In this document: in pieces, positions 45,252 to 56,873 of the stretch
How the letters are laid out: the number at the start of each line of letters is the position of its first letter
Position numbering within the stretch: position 1 is the first letter of the stretch
IMG/VR virus record: IMGVR_UViG_3300021255_002352
DNA length: 64,000 nucleotides
Source of the DNA: an uncultured virus (IMG/VR IMGVR_UViG_3300021255_002352)
Lineage: Duplodnaviria > Heunggongvirae > Uroviricota > Caudoviricetes
Strand: one strand, 5' to 3'
Program-made: the position numbers and the translations under genes
Notes under the pieces: generated by a model
Told to the model about the DNA's origin: nothing
Database searches by the model: none
Seen by the model: only the letters and a program-made list of their open reading frames with translations

Positions 45252-47477
45252 CTAAATCTTTTTCAAAGTTAATAACTGAGTAAGTTTCTGTCTAACCTTA
45301 CCGCATATAAAATCTACTTCGCTAATATTTGTATTAGAATCTTTAGAAATTTCATATCCAGTCAATACAGAATCGTAATAGTCATTAATTGTATAAATTT
45401 GCAACGGACCGCCTAATTTAAACTCATCGAAATCATAAACAAAATTCTTCAAAAGAAGAGTAAAACTGATATGATGGTTATACATTTGATTTGGCAAATT
45501 ACTTGCAACAATATCTGAAATCGGATCATCACTGAAAACAATTTCAGTATTTGTTGTTTTCATTCGTGTAGCTTCTTCAACAGTAGCTTCATAAACACCG
45601 GTTTCTGTAGCGACCCATGTTGCTCTATAAGTAACATTATCACTAGCAAATATAATCAAACGATTTGTCTCTTCAGATGTCGTTACAGGATTCATTTTGG
45701 TTATTGCGAAAATATTATCTCCAACTTTTACCGGATCATAATCAGGAATTCTTATTGTCACATAGTTTGGGCCGCTTACATTTATCTCAAACTCAAATAT
45801 AATTCCATAATGCTCATATAAATAATAAATAAAGTCCTCAAAATCCATTGTCTCTCCAACTGGATTTGTAGGAAGATTAACTAAAGTTGATCCGATATAT
45901 CTTGAAGTAATTCCAGAAAGACGCTGAGCTACTTTCGGATCGCGATAATCGCTGCCAACAATATATCCATCTGAATAATACTTAACAATGTTATCTATAC
46001 ACTTTTCTAAATATAAATCAGTTGCAGCTGTTGAATTAATTCCAAGAACATTTGGAAGATTGCTAATTCTTAACTTCATCCTATCTGCATTGCTGACAGC
46101 AGTCCAATGATTGGCAGTCCACTTCTCAGGCGTTGTTATAGCAGTTTTGCATCGATATAATGTATTTGAATAACCAACATAATCACCAACCGAATATTTT
46201 TTAGTACTGTCATATGATGGATAGCTTTCATAATTGAGATATGCATTAAAGCCGTCATCACCTGTATCATTGCGATAAAGAACAACAAGCTTATTCATAC
46301 CTTTAACAAATTGAACTTCGCACATTGACTCTTGTCCGCTTGTCAATTCTGCAAGCTGCTGACCGTTCAAATATACAGCACCATTTTGAATTGTTATAAA
46401 CGATACATTTCCTTTTGTTGGTTTACTGCACCAAACATAAGTTGTAGCTCTAGCTGTGAAATTATCACCTGCATTTAACTTTGTGGAAATAGAATTGTCA
46501 TTATATGTAGTGCTTGAAGTAACCGGTAAAGCATCAACATCATCTATATGCGGAAATTCACTACCTACAGCAGCAAATTTTTCAAAGAACCAGCTATTAT
46601 TAAAAGACGCCGGAGGAGACTCACCTTTCTCGTAGACCCATTGACCTTTATAAAAAGACTGCATTTGCGAACAGATTATCTTCTTTTCGTGTTCATTCTC
46701 AGTCTCGATAGATTTGATTACACCATTATATATACTTGTGCCTTTTGGATCATATAGGACAAGAACATCTCCGGATTCAATGCTGTCTGGAGCATCATAA
46801 ACAAATACTGTACTATTTGCTCGTGTCATAAGATCATTGCTGGTATCGAATTTATCAATTCGTAAAAAAGCTTTTGGCAAATCTGTCATGCTTGACTGAT
46901 CTTTAATAAAACATCGATATTCATAGAGTCCATTTGTTTCTGTGTTCTGCTTATATAAGGCAACAACAGATATTCTTTCTTTATCGACATATATTTCTCT
47001 AGGATTACCAACAAGACCGTCACTCCACATATAAAAATTATAATTAGGATAAGGTCTTGCCCAAAGAGTAGTCGTAAATGGTTCATACTTGTCGTTGATT
47101 CCAACGGAAATCGTTGCATGTGGAATATCTGCAGTTGCATCTACATGGTATTTTGGATCTTCTTCAAAATACGCATAAACAACAATCGGTTGATCTAATG
47201 TTACGGTAAATTGTATTTCACCCTTTTCAATATTTTCTTTTTCAAGAATAATACGATCATCGGCTCTTGTTCGAATATAATTTCCGTTATCAGAAAGAAA
47301 TGTTAAATTTCCTCGAATTTCAAACTTAACAAAATGATAATGCAAATCTGGAACAGCTTTGAAATCTACGGTATTGGCATATAAGTCATCTATTTCTGGA
47401 TCTCCGCTTGAAGCACTATGCCTAGTATATTGAATTTGACCTTTACCTTCAGAATGTATTTCAATTGGCCATATCAT
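45252..47477 (-). CDS. Tal/baseplate hub-like protein with inserted PA14-like and CBM5/12-like domains
   Basis: Follows Dit; FTARATTY..AVYLNGQ..KGMNKLVVLY; YDSTKKYSVGDYVGYSNTLYRC. Confidence 0.65.
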   Translation of the reverse strand: MIWPIEIHSEGKGQIQYTRHSASSGDPEIDDLYANTVDFKAVPDLHYHFVKFEIRGNLTFLSDNGNYIRTRADDRIILEKENIEKGEIQFTVTLDQPIVVYAYFEEDPKYHVDATADIPHATISVGINDKYEPFTTTLWARPYPNYNFYMWSDGLVGNPREIYVDKERISVVALYKQNTETNGLYEYRCFIKDQSSMTDLPKAFLRIDKFDTSNDLMTRANSTVFVYDAPDSIESGDVLVLYDPKGTSIYNGVIKSIETENEHEKKIICSQMQSFYKGQWVYEKGESPPASFNNSWFFEKFAAVGSEFPHIDDVDALPVTSSTTYNDNSISTKLNAGDNFTARATTYVWCSKPTKGNVSFITIQNGAVYLNGQQLAELTSGQESMCEVQFVKGMNKLVVLYRNDTGDDGFNAYLNYESYPSYDSTKKYSVGDYVGYSNTLYRCKTAITTPEKWTANHWTAVSNADRMKLRISNLPNVLGINSTAATDLYLEKCIDNIVKYYSDGYIVGSDYRDPKVAQRLSGITSRYIGSTLVNLPTNPVGETMDFEDFIYYLYEHYGIIFEFEINVSGPNYVTIRIPDYDPVKVGDNIFAITKMNPVTTSEETNRLIIFASDNVTYRATWVATETGVYEATVEEATRMKTTNTEIVFSDDPISDIVASNLPNQMYNHHISFTLLLKNFVYDFDEFKLGGPLQIYTINDYYDSVLTGYEISKDSNTNISEVDFICGKVRQKLTQLLTLKKI

Positions 47478-47492
47478 AATCTGAGTACCTCA

Positions 47493-48392
47493 TTATACTG
47501 AGAAATAGCTATTCTTAAATGCTAGTTCAATTTTTCCATCAAAGGTATCAATATTACCAGCTGTTAACGTAAAAATAGATTCACCGACTTTAAGCTTGCA
47601 CCAAGTAAAATATGCTGTTCCATCTCTAATGCTAAAATCTTGTCTTTGTTCAGGATTACTTATACTAGAACCATCACGTTCCAAATACAAATGACTTTCT
47701 CCGTCAACACTATCAACAACAATATGTGTATATGTTCCCGTTAAAGCGCACACCCCATATCTAATATTATTCTGATATAAACTAAAAATCGGATTCTGAA
47801 TCGTTCCATCCATTGTAATGATAAATCCAACTTCATCAGTTCCATTATTATGTATAAGTGTGCTTCCAAATCCGTTGCCAGAATAATGATATGGCCTTAC
47901 TAACGGATAGTACTTGCCAATATCGGTTACAATATTCGATATTTCATAAACTTGTTCTTTAGCATCAAGCCATTGCGATAATCGATGAATAGTCATTTGA
48001 ACTCGCATCATGCTATCGCTTGACATTTCACCCTTTACAATATTGCTTATGAGAACGTCCGAATAAAAACTATAACTTTCATCGTCAACGAAATTTGGAG
48101 TTAAATAATGAAATTTTAAAGGTCTAAATTTAATAAAATTAATAAATTCCTGATAATCAGAATAGATAGCATTAGGGGAACCGTTATAAAAAACAAGTTC
48201 CCCAGAAATGTCTATCATATCCAGACCTTCCGAAATTAGAAGTTCTGAATTATTAACTTTTTTGGTTTTATGATTAGATTTAAAACCAAAACCAGTAGGC
48301 GAACTAAAGAAGGCTTTGGATTTTGAATCGTCTGAAAGATAGTATTTATTGCCTAAAGAATTAACTAGCCAGAATTTCCTATATTCAGCCAT
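47493..48392 (-). CDS. Distal tail protein (Dit)
   Basis: Directly after the tape measure gene; SSPTGFG, GKYYPLVRPYHY, IQNP. Confidence 0.7.
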   Translation of the reverse strand: MAEYRKFWLVNSLGNKYYLSDDSKSKAFFSSPTGFGFKSNHKTKKVNNSELLISEGLDMIDISGELVFYNGSPNAIYSDYQEFINFIKFRPLKFHYLTPNFVDDESYSFYSDVLISNIVKGEMSSDSMMRVQMTIHRLSQWLDAKEQVYEISNIVTDIGKYYPLVRPYHYSGNGFGSTLIHNNGTDEVGFIITMDGTIQNPIFSLYQNNIRYGVCALTGTYTHIVVDSVDGESHLYLERDGSSISNPEQRQDFSIRDGTAYFTWCKLKVGESIFTLTAGNIDTFDGKIELAFKNSYFSV

Positions 48393-48407
48393 GTAATCCC
48401 TCCTTCC

Positions 48408-51400
48408 TTAAATAGCATTACCTAATAAAATATTGATTTCGTTAGCGATTCTTCTTGAATATGCAGTTACATCAGCTTCTGTTAGATCTCTTCCGCCATT
48501 ATTTACTGTAAAGTTGACACTAACATTAACAGGAGATCCGGTTTTGTCACTATTTTGAATTCCTGCTCTTGCTGATGTGATTCCTAAAGCGGCATTATAC
48601 TGCTCTTCATCAGAAAGCAAACTATTAATTGTATTGGCACCATCAAGAATATTTGTAGTATCCAAAACAGGACTAATTACCGGATTATACTGACTGTTCA
48701 ATATATCATCAGAAGTATTTAATGCTTCCTGAACGGCAGTTGTTATTTGAGAAGCTGCACTTCCTGCTGTAGTAACCGCTGAATCAGTCATGTCGCTTAT
48801 GCCATTTGCAAGACCCTGAATAAAATACGTACCATACTTGTACGTTAATTTTGAAGGTGATGCCTCCATCCAGTTCATTGGTATAATCGATGCCACAGTG
48901 CTTGCTATTTCATGAGCTTTTTCATATAAAGCTGGAGCTCTAGACTCCATACCATCAATTAAGCCCTGAATATAGTTTGCACCATAAGAAAAGTAAACAT
49001 CATAATACTTTGAATGCTCTGCTTTTCCTGCTCCATCAGTAAATTCAAACCATTTAGCCAAATATGCAGCGGCAGTACTAAATGAAGTTTTAGCAGCTTT
49101 CATTGGCTCAGATTTTTCTCCCATTACATCGGATAATGAACTTAAGTATGATGTTGCAGTTTGTTTTGCACCTTCAACCGCTTGCTCATCCAATTGTTCG
49201 TTTTTGAATAATCTTCCAATTATTCCCATTAATCCGCCGCCAAGCGATGATCCTGCTTCATCTTCCGTTTCTTCTACATCACCGTTAATAACGTTATTGA
49301 ACATATCCTTAATGCTAGTACCCCATGAAGAGATTTTCTCGCCAAGACTAGCAAGACCAGCATCAGCTTCAGCAGCACCTTCTTCGTTTCCAAGATCGGC
49401 AAACAATTCTGAAATGCCTATTGCTTTCTTAACTTCTTCAATATCTGGAATTTCTGTTGGAAAATTCTCTGTAAACTTCTTAAAACTTGTAGTGAATGAT
49501 GAAATACCTCCACCAAGTTTTTTAAGATTATCGCCACCAGTAAATGCGCCTTCTCCAGGAGCTATTTGTGTTTCTAATTCCATAAATTTCTTTGCTAGCA
49601 ATATTGTATTGTCGATAACATCACTTAACAAAGCAAATCTATTTTCGGTAATAGAAGCCTTCATATCTCGAGCGGCGGAAGAATCCGGAATAACATTATC
49701 AATATTGTCATAACTAACATTTGTAGTATTTCCAATATCTAATAATGCTGATAAGCCTGTCTTCAATCCTTCGGCAAATCCTTTAATTCGATTACCAAAA
49801 TCAGAAAGATTTCCTTCACCGCCCTTTATTAAGCCCAATAAGCTCTTAGAAGAATTTACACCCTGCTCAAGTTTACTTAATGCGGAACCGGCATCTTCAG
49901 CAGCCTTTAACGACTCTGGATCAAATCCGATAAGCGTTGTACTCATGTCAACTAATCCTTGGGCAAACGCTTTTATTCTCTCTCCAAAATCTTCTATGCT
50001 GTTTTCACCGATAATCTTTTGAAGAAGGCCGTCATGACTTCCAAGTCCTTTTTCAAGTTCACGCATTGCATTTCCTGCATCGGTCGCTATTTTGACAGAT
50101 CCCTCATCAAAACCGCCTTCTCCATCCTCGCCTTTCGTTAAGATGTTTGACATAGAAACTAAGGCGGATGCGTATGTTTTCATACCTTCTGCGAAATCTT
50201 TAAGGGTTGTCTTTTTACCAATTATTAAGTCAATAAAACCACCTGAACGCCCCATCGACGCCGTTAATGATGAAAACATTTCTCCTATAGATGCTGCAGA
50301 ATTTAATCTTGAAGGATTAATAGTCTTAATGCTATCGGAGAAATTGTTAATAACAACCGCAAATGAAGAGAAGAACTGTCCAACTTTATCAAAATTCAAA
50401 TTATTATTTAAACCTAATGTTTTAATAGAATTTATAAATGTCTTTCCGCCAAATATATCAATTACGGATCCAACCGCTGCAATCTTTTCTGCAAAATCAG
50501 CTGGCTTTTCCATATCGAATAATGGCTGAATACTCTCGATGAATCCAGCAATGCTGGCTCCGATTCTTTCAAGTCCATTTGCAATAGTGGCAATTAAACC
50601 ACCGCCAATATTCTCAATAAGACTTCCGGCAAAGCTTCCAAGAGCATCACCGAACCCTTTCATGAACATTACAAATCGGTCAAGTTCATCTTGATTAATA
50701 TCTGTTGCTAATGCTGCAATGGCTGAAATAACAGTTATCGCCGCAACTAAGCCACCTAATGTAGCTAAAATCGGGCCAATCGTTGCCACTGATACTGATG
50801 CAAGCTCTCCTGCAATAGATAGTGCCAGAATAGCTGCTGAGATAGCAAGAATCACTTCTGTAAGACCTTGTGCTATAGGCAATACAGCTGATGGATCTTT
50901 AATGACTGATGTCAATCCCCAAATTGCTCCACCAGCAATGGCCAATACAAGAACCATAGATCCTAAAGCCGATAATATCAATCCCCAGTCAGTTGTTGCT
51001 AATTTCGATATGACTACTACAACACCTGCTAAAGCGCCCATCAAGATTACCATTGAAGATACAGATGCTATAAGACGCTCAGTATCTAAGAACGACAATG
51101 CGAATACCGCACCAGCAACTAAGGCGATTATCGTGACTAAAGATGCTAATACTTTAGCGCTTTGCATATTAGCCGCACCAAGTCCAGTACCCATAAGCCC
51201 TAACATCTTGCCAATTGCAAGAAGTAGAACACTTACAGAGCCAATGCCTTTAGCCAGCTCATCGATTTCCATGTTCTTAAATACTAGCACAGATCCAGCC
51301 AGTAAATATAAGCTTAAGGAAATACCGCCAATCAACACACCCATTGCTGCAATATTTTTCCATGCACCAGGTGCTTGAGCTGCAGGGTTCTTTGTTGCCA

Positions 51401-54400
51401 TGTACGCTATAAATGCTGAAAGAATACCCATTACAATCATAAGAGCTGATACTGCTCCGCCACCTTTAAGTAATACAGTGGTATCAATCTTACCAAGACT
51501 TTCTATAGCTCTAGCAAATATCCAAATTGAAGCAACGAGACTTATCGTATACGCTGCCATACCAGTAAAATTGGTTGATGCAGCGTTTAACAGTTTCATT
51601 GCGATAACCAAAGTGATTAATAAAGGAACCGCGGATATCAATCCAACTGTTACATTAAGAATTGCATTGATTGTCTTATTAACATCCATATTGGCGAAAA
51701 TATCCATCGCCTTAATTAACAGAAACAATGTTCCGACAATTGATAATACAGGTAACGCAGATCCAGCCTTCAATCCTTTAAGAGCAGACATAGCGACCCA
51801 CATCATTACTATTGCTCCAGTAAAGCCAACCGCCGCAGAAGCAATATCATCAAACTTAAGTGATGCGAACTTTTGCATTGCCAAGCCCATAATGTACATA
51901 CTAGCGGCAAATGCAATCATAAATCCTGCAGAAATAGTAGTGTCTTTATCACCGTATTTCTTCATTATCCGCATTAACGCACCCATTGCCACAACAAGTG
52001 CAACCATGCTTCCTATTGCAACAAGTGCAGATTTTGGAATATCCCTAAGCTTTTCAAAATTCCTTAATGCAATACTTAGAATCACCATAGCAGCAGCTAA
52101 ACCAACTAAAAGGCCTGCAAATCTGGTAACATTCTTATCTGGAACGTCGGCCATAGCACTTGATGTTTTGCTGATTTTATCATTAAATATTGCAATAAAT
52201 AATAACAATAAACCAACAGCAGCAATAGCTGCTCCAAGAGAAACTAAATCTATTTTTGCAAGAACAAATAACGCAGTGGTTAATATTGTTATAGCAATAG
52301 CAATTTTTAAAATATTCTCAGTTTTTACGTTCTTAGTTAATTGTGTAAAATATCCACTTATCGATGTTCCAACTTGCGCTATAGTCATTCTAGCTTGATT
52401 TCCAGCACCTGCAAATGCCTTCAAAACATCATTTATTGTATTGATTGGCATTAATAAGCCATTTAATACTTTGCCTATTCCGGTCATGGCATTACTTATA
52501 CCGTTTACTAAAAGGAATCCTGTTAATAATCCAGCACCGGTTTCCAATGTTTTTCTGGCTTTTGTCATTATCGCACCAAGAGAATCCCAATCTATATCCA
52601 TTTTCTTGATTGCTGATTCTATAGTGTTTAAGAATCCATCAAATCCACCTTTAACATTTCCAGTTATTGATGAAAGAGCATCATAGATTCCATTCGGTGA
52701 TAGTATGTCATTAATATCAAACTTATTGTCTTTAAGCCCTTCAATTTTAGAGCCTAAAAACGAAAAGAATTGACTTGCATTTGCTTGAACATTTTTAAAA
52801 GAAAGATTCTCAAAAGAAAAACTTGAAATATTCTTTAATATTCCAGAAAGATTCTTAGATACACTTTCTATCTGAACAAATTTTGAAATCCAATCTTTTA
52901 CTTTTGTTATAGTTTTTCCAATAAATTCTGCACCTTTTTCAACTGCCTCTAAAATAATGTTATTTTCTCTTATCCAGTCGACAGCTTTGTTTGCAGCTTC
53001 AATGATTATCTTTGAAAGATCTACAACTTTATCTTTAAACTCATTAAGATATGGAGATATAATCGGATAAATCTTCTTAATTCCTTCAATAATAATATCG
53101 TATATACTTTTAAGAACATTCGTAAGAGCAATTCCTAATCCTGCGATAGCTGAAAGAATAGGAGATCCTTTTATTGTATTTATAAAAGCTTCAGAATTAA
53201 AGAAGTCAAAATTAAAATACTGAGAAAGATCTATTTTCTTTAAATTAGCAAATACAGAAGCAATGGTATTCGGTATTTCTCTAATTTTTTCAATAATATT
53301 CCTTACGAATCCCTTAAGATCAATATTCTTTAATGCTGCAGTAAATTTTATTGATTTTATCTTTTTGAAAGCATTCGACATAACTGTCGGAATATTCTTA
53401 ATGCCTTCAATTAAAGTATTAAAATTGAAATTCTTAAAAGCATTAATTATAAGATCCGGAAGTTTCTTTAAATCAGAAATGACTCTATCAAAAAACAATC
53501 CGTTTTTAATATCTTCCAAAATGCCTTTAATATAACTACTAATTCTTTCGAGATCAATAAACTGTCCTATCCATTCTTTTATTGAACTCAAAGCATTTTT
53601 AAATATACTACCTAATTTGTCAAGATCTACAAATTGGCCAACCCAGTTTTTTGCAGAGGATAAAGCATCGTTTATAGAATGAGATAAAAGCGAAAAATCG
53701 CCAGTAAATAATGCACTGTTCTTAACCCATTCAGTTAAACGATCCACACCATCTGACAGTCTATCTATAAAACCACTTATACCAGTTTTAGCTGAATCAA
53801 ATACAGGCAATAATCCATAAATCCAATTCTTAAACTTTTCTAAAGCTGGCGATGCCAATCTTACAACGGTGTCAACGATACCGGTTTTAATCGTCTTGAA
53901 CAAAGTTAATATCGAATTTCCAAGTCTATCTAATGAACCAAAAGCAGACTTAATAATCGGTGCAATTGTCTTTATTTTTTCGATAATTGCAGCATTACCA
54001 GTTGCTTCTTTTATAGCCTGTGTAAAGTCATGAATCTTTAAAACTACATTATAAATAATATCTGCAAAGTTCCAACCAAATAAGTTTTTCCATAATTCAC
54101 TAACTATTTTTTGCAGATTCTTTATAGTGCCAGTTACGTTTGTTATGCTCTCGGAAAGTAATACCTGACCGTCAACTCTATCTAATTGATTCAACAACTG
54201 ACTTAATGGCGCGTCGGCATCATCTAATTGAGCAATTAAGTCTTTAATTGCTTCTGACTCTGCTTCTGTAACACCCAAAGCTTTCCATTGTTCCGCTGTT
54301 AAATGCTCTATATCTTTAATAGTCAGCTCATATCCGCCTCTATGGCCAGCTTCAGCCATTTTATTGATTATTTCATACTGCATAGTAGTATAATCAATAC

Positions 54401-55937
54401 CGGCTTTTGCTAGTTTTTCGATTCGCTCATCACCATTCCCATATTTTCCAGACCATATATCGTTATATATCTTTTGAATATGAGAAAGTTTGTCAACCGC
54501 TGATGACGCATCATCTACAGAACCTTTTAACTTTTTTACATAGTTCTGTGTAAAATCTCCGAATAAATTTGACAAACTGGTTCTTGTTTGCCCAGAGATA
54601 TGCTCGATTGTGACATTTCCATGAGCTAAAGCAGCACTTAATGATCCATACTGTTTTACTAATTCGTCAACATTCCATCCACTGTTTTTTAAAAAATCTT
54701 TAAATTTAGAATCATAATCAGAAAAATCAACTCCAGCATCTTCAAGAATATCTCTTAACTGATCATAATTACTTCTAAACACTTTAGAAAGAACGTCGTT
54801 CCTTATATCTCCAGGAACTGCAAATATATCATATAGATCATTTGCTAAATTGGTCCACGTTTTACGAGCAATATCAATATCACCAAAGAAAAGTTCAAAT
54901 GTTTTAAGCCATTTTGAAGAAACAGCATCCTTCGTTGCAGTGATAGCTTCATTAAAAGTGGTTGCTTCCTGAGCAGCTTTTGCAGCTTTTATATAAATAT
55001 CATCATACTGTGATGCTAGGAATTTATATGCTTCACTATATGTATCATATTTTCCTTCACGAACCATTTGGTCTGCCATCTGTGTATACTTGGCAAATTT
55101 ACCAAATGTCTGTTCCATTACAGTTGTATCTGCCCAACCATCTTTTAAAGACTCACTAAAGTTGCCTATATCGACGATATTTCCTTTAGCGGTTGCCCCT
55201 AATTTATTTAATTTTCCTAATTCCTTTGCAGTTTCAATAAAAGATTGTTTTAAATCTTTGGAAGCTACACCAGCTAATTCCAAAGATTTCCAGTCCATAT
55301 ATTTTAGTGCACCAGCACCATAAGACTGATTTAAATTGTATATTGCTCTACTAAACTCAGCTGGGCCTTTACCTGCAAAAGCGACTGCGTTTGCGATACC
55401 CGTTATCATCGGAACAAGCTTTTCAATGTCGCCACCACTAGATGTAAGTTGCGCTAAAGAGCCTGCCATTTCAGAGAAACCATATGAAGTTTCGTCTGAG
55501 AATCGCATTAATGTATCCAAATAACCGTTAATGTCTTGTAAATCTCTTCCTGTAGAGTTTAATAAAGTTTGTACTGATTTTGTTTTTTGTTCGTATTTTC
55601 CGTAACCTTCATAAAGAGTTTCTATGCCCGACATGCTTTTTATTAAGTTTGGGGCAAATTCCATCATCGCAAAGTTACCAATTGAGCGTAATGCGCCTAT
55701 AGCAACTTCCTTTAAATGGGACATTCCCTTTTCAACCTTAACAACGCCTCCAAGCATAACTGAAAAGTCTAACTTTTTAACAGCTTGCTCAACTTCTTCG
55801 ATCCCTTTTGTTGCACCATCCAATTTAGTTGCTTTTTCAAATTTTCCTAACGAATCTATAGAAGTTTTAATATTATGCTCAAATTGCGCATTATCGAACT
55901 TTAATGTGATTACTCGTTCATCAATTGTTCTGCTCAC
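48408..55937 (-). CDS. Tape measure protein
   Basis: 2509 aa; IDERVITLKFDNAQFE start, FSDETSYGFSEM tape-measure domain, long Ala/Gly-rich hydrophobic helical body. Confidence 0.92.
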   Translation of the reverse strand: MSRTIDERVITLKFDNAQFEHNIKTSIDSLGKFEKATKLDGATKGIEEVEQAVKKLDFSVMLGGVVKVEKGMSHLKEVAIGALRSIGNFAMMEFAPNLIKSMSGIETLYEGYGKYEQKTKSVQTLLNSTGRDLQDINGYLDTLMRFSDETSYGFSEMAGSLAQLTSSGGDIEKLVPMITGIANAVAFAGKGPAEFSRAIYNLNQSYGAGALKYMDWKSLELAGVASKDLKQSFIETAKELGKLNKLGATAKGNIVDIGNFSESLKDGWADTTVMEQTFGKFAKYTQMADQMVREGKYDTYSEAYKFLASQYDDIYIKAAKAAQEATTFNEAITATKDAVSSKWLKTFELFFGDIDIARKTWTNLANDLYDIFAVPGDIRNDVLSKVFRSNYDQLRDILEDAGVDFSDYDSKFKDFLKNSGWNVDELVKQYGSLSAALAHGNVTIEHISGQTRTSLSNLFGDFTQNYVKKLKGSVDDASSAVDKLSHIQKIYNDIWSGKYGNGDERIEKLAKAGIDYTTMQYEIINKMAEAGHRGGYELTIKDIEHLTAEQWKALGVTEAESEAIKDLIAQLDDADAPLSQLLNQLDRVDGQVLLSESITNVTGTIKNLQKIVSELWKNLFGWNFADIIYNVVLKIHDFTQAIKEATGNAAIIEKIKTIAPIIKSAFGSLDRLGNSILTLFKTIKTGIVDTVVRLASPALEKFKNWIYGLLPVFDSAKTGISGFIDRLSDGVDRLTEWVKNSALFTGDFSLLSHSINDALSSAKNWVGQFVDLDKLGSIFKNALSSIKEWIGQFIDLERISSYIKGILEDIKNGLFFDRVISDLKKLPDLIINAFKNFNFNTLIEGIKNIPTVMSNAFKKIKSIKFTAALKNIDLKGFVRNIIEKIREIPNTIASVFANLKKIDLSQYFNFDFFNSEAFINTIKGSPILSAIAGLGIALTNVLKSIYDIIIEGIKKIYPIISPYLNEFKDKVVDLSKIIIEAANKAVDWIRENNIILEAVEKGAEFIGKTITKVKDWISKFVQIESVSKNLSGILKNISSFSFENLSFKNVQANASQFFSFLGSKIEGLKDNKFDINDILSPNGIYDALSSITGNVKGGFDGFLNTIESAIKKMDIDWDSLGAIMTKARKTLETGAGLLTGFLLVNGISNAMTGIGKVLNGLLMPINTINDVLKAFAGAGNQARMTIAQVGTSISGYFTQLTKNVKTENILKIAIAITILTTALFVLAKIDLVSLGAAIAAVGLLLLFIAIFNDKISKTSSAMADVPDKNVTRFAGLLVGLAAAMVILSIALRNFEKLRDIPKSALVAIGSMVALVVAMGALMRIMKKYGDKDTTISAGFMIAFAASMYIMGLAMQKFASLKFDDIASAAVGFTGAIVMMWVAMSALKGLKAGSALPVLSIVGTLFLLIKAMDIFANMDVNKTINAILNVTVGLISAVPLLITLVIAMKLLNAASTNFTGMAAYTISLVASIWIFARAIESLGKIDTTVLLKGGGAVSALMIVMGILSAFIAYMATKNPAAQAPGAWKNIAAMGVLIGGISLSLYLLAGSVLVFKNMEIDELAKGIGSVSVLLLAIGKMLGLMGTGLGAANMQSAKVLASLVTIIALVAGAVFALSFLDTERLIASVSSMVILMGALAGVVVVISKLATTDWGLILSALGSMVLVLAIAGGAIWGLTSVIKDPSAVLPIAQGLTEVILAISAAILALSIAGELASVSVATIGPILATLGGLVAAITVISAIAALATDINQDELDRFVMFMKGFGDALGSFAGSLIENIGGGLIATIANGLERIGASIAGFIESIQPLFDMEKPADFAEKIAAVGSVIDIFGGKTFINSIKTLGLNNNLNFDKVGQFFSSFAVVINNFSDSIKTINPSRLNSAASIGEMFSSLTASMGRSGGFIDLIIGKKTTLKDFAEGMKTYASALVSMSNILTKGEDGEGGFDEGSVKIATDAGNAMRELEKGLGSHDGLLQKIIGENSIEDFGERIKAFAQGLVDMSTTLIGFDPESLKAAEDAGSALSKLEQGVNSSKSLLGLIKGGEGNLSDFGNRIKGFAEGLKTGLSALLDIGNTTNVSYDNIDNVIPDSSAARDMKASITENRFALLSDVIDNTILLAKKFMELETQIAPGEGAFTGGDNLKKLGGGISSFTTSFKKFTENFPTEIPDIEEVKKAIGISELFADLGNEEGAAEADAGLASLGEKISSWGTSIKDMFNNVINGDVEETEDEAGSSLGGGLMGIIGRLFKNEQLDEQAVEGAKQTATSYLSSLSDVMGEKSEPMKAAKTSFSTAAAYLAKWFEFTDGAGKAEHSKYYDVYFSYGANYIQGLIDGMESRAPALYEKAHEIASTVASIIPMNWMEASPSKLTYKYGTYFIQGLANGISDMTDSAVTTAGSAASQITTAVQEALNTSDDILNSQYNPVISPVLDTTNILDGANTINSLLSDEEQYNAALGITSARAGIQNSDKTGSPVNVSVNFTVNNGGRDLTEADVTAYSRRIANEINILLGNAI

Positions 55938-56311
55938 CTTGAATTAATCTCCTCCCATATATCGTTAACCATCTGATCGAAGACAGGAGCGATGGCTGGA
56001 TTTATATAGTCTGTGCCTTCAACCCAGCCACCAGTTCCAGTAGCATGTCCATATTGCAGAATAACCGCAACAACAACATAATCGGAAACATTCGAATTGC
56101 AGAACTGTAAGCATAAACGCCCATCCTGTTCATTTATCCTGTAATACCAAGAGGCTCTTGTTTTTCCTGTGTCAACCGGTGTTGCATCCATTAAAGCTCT
56201 AACACCAATTTCACCATATTTATCAAGAATGTTAGAATATTTTATTTTGTTCAATCCTTTTAAATACGATAATGCTTTTTCATATTTATTATTGGATTCA
56301 ATTCTATACAT
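55934..56311 (-). CDS. HK97 gp10-like tail completion protein
   Basis: TPVDTGKTRASW, LQYGH.TGTGGWVEG.DYINPA. Confidence 0.75.
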   Translation of the reverse strand: MYRIESNNKYEKALSYLKGLNKIKYSNILDKYGEIGVRALMDATPVDTGKTRASWYYRINEQDGRLCLQFCNSNVSDYVVVAVILQYGHATGTGGWVEGTDYINPAIAPVFDQMVNDIWEEINSR

Positions 56312-56327
56312 AATAACCTCCTAGAGG

Positions 56328-56873
56328 TTAGCCTCTACTATGCAACTGAGCTCTTCTAGCTTTATTCAAAGCTTTATTCCTGCTCATAATCTCTTTTGGA
56401 GTCATTTTCTTTTCCGGTGCATTCTTAGTAGCGCAAACACGGATAAGAGCCATTAATCTTCCTAAATGCCATTTTTGACATTCAAATGGAATATTATAAC
56501 AAGTCATCCAATAATAAATTATTTCTGCAGTAATAATTTCTCTCTTGTTGCCTTTATTATTGTTGTTTCCAAAAGTTGTAGCGGTCATCGGATCATTTAT
56601 ATAAAGATTAATCTTCATAATATCTGATGCCGGAATGCAATAATATATAATCGGATCTACATTCTGCGTTAATGTCATGCATCGAATGTAGTCAATCTCT
56701 TCTTCCTTAGTTTTTTTGTCTAAAGAAAGATAAGGCTTTTTCCATTTGGATTCCCACTTTGATAAAGAAACCAATGAATGCTCTAAGTTTAGAGTTATAT
56801 CTTTATCTATAGAAATAAACTCTTGCTTTTTTTCGTCAAACCATTCTCCTTTATGGATAACTAGTTTGTACAT
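56328..56873 (-). CDS. Tail assembly chaperone (second)
   Basis: LEHSLVSLSKWESKW, IYYWM..IPFECQKWHL; position. Confidence 0.65.
   Translation of the reverse strand: MYKLVIHKGEWFDEKKQEFISIDKDITLNLEHSLVSLSKWESKWKKPYLSLDKKTKEEEIDYIRCMTLTQNVDPIIYYCIPASDIMKINLYINDPMTATTFGNNNNKGNKREIITAEIIYYWMTCYNIPFECQKWHLGRLMALIRVCATKNAPEKKMTPKEIMSRNKALNKARRAQLHSRG

Noticed and set aside
49204..55947. Long plus-strand ORFs (e.g. 51400-52398, 50719-51378)
   Set aside because: Antisense shadows of the tape measure gene with low-complexity translations
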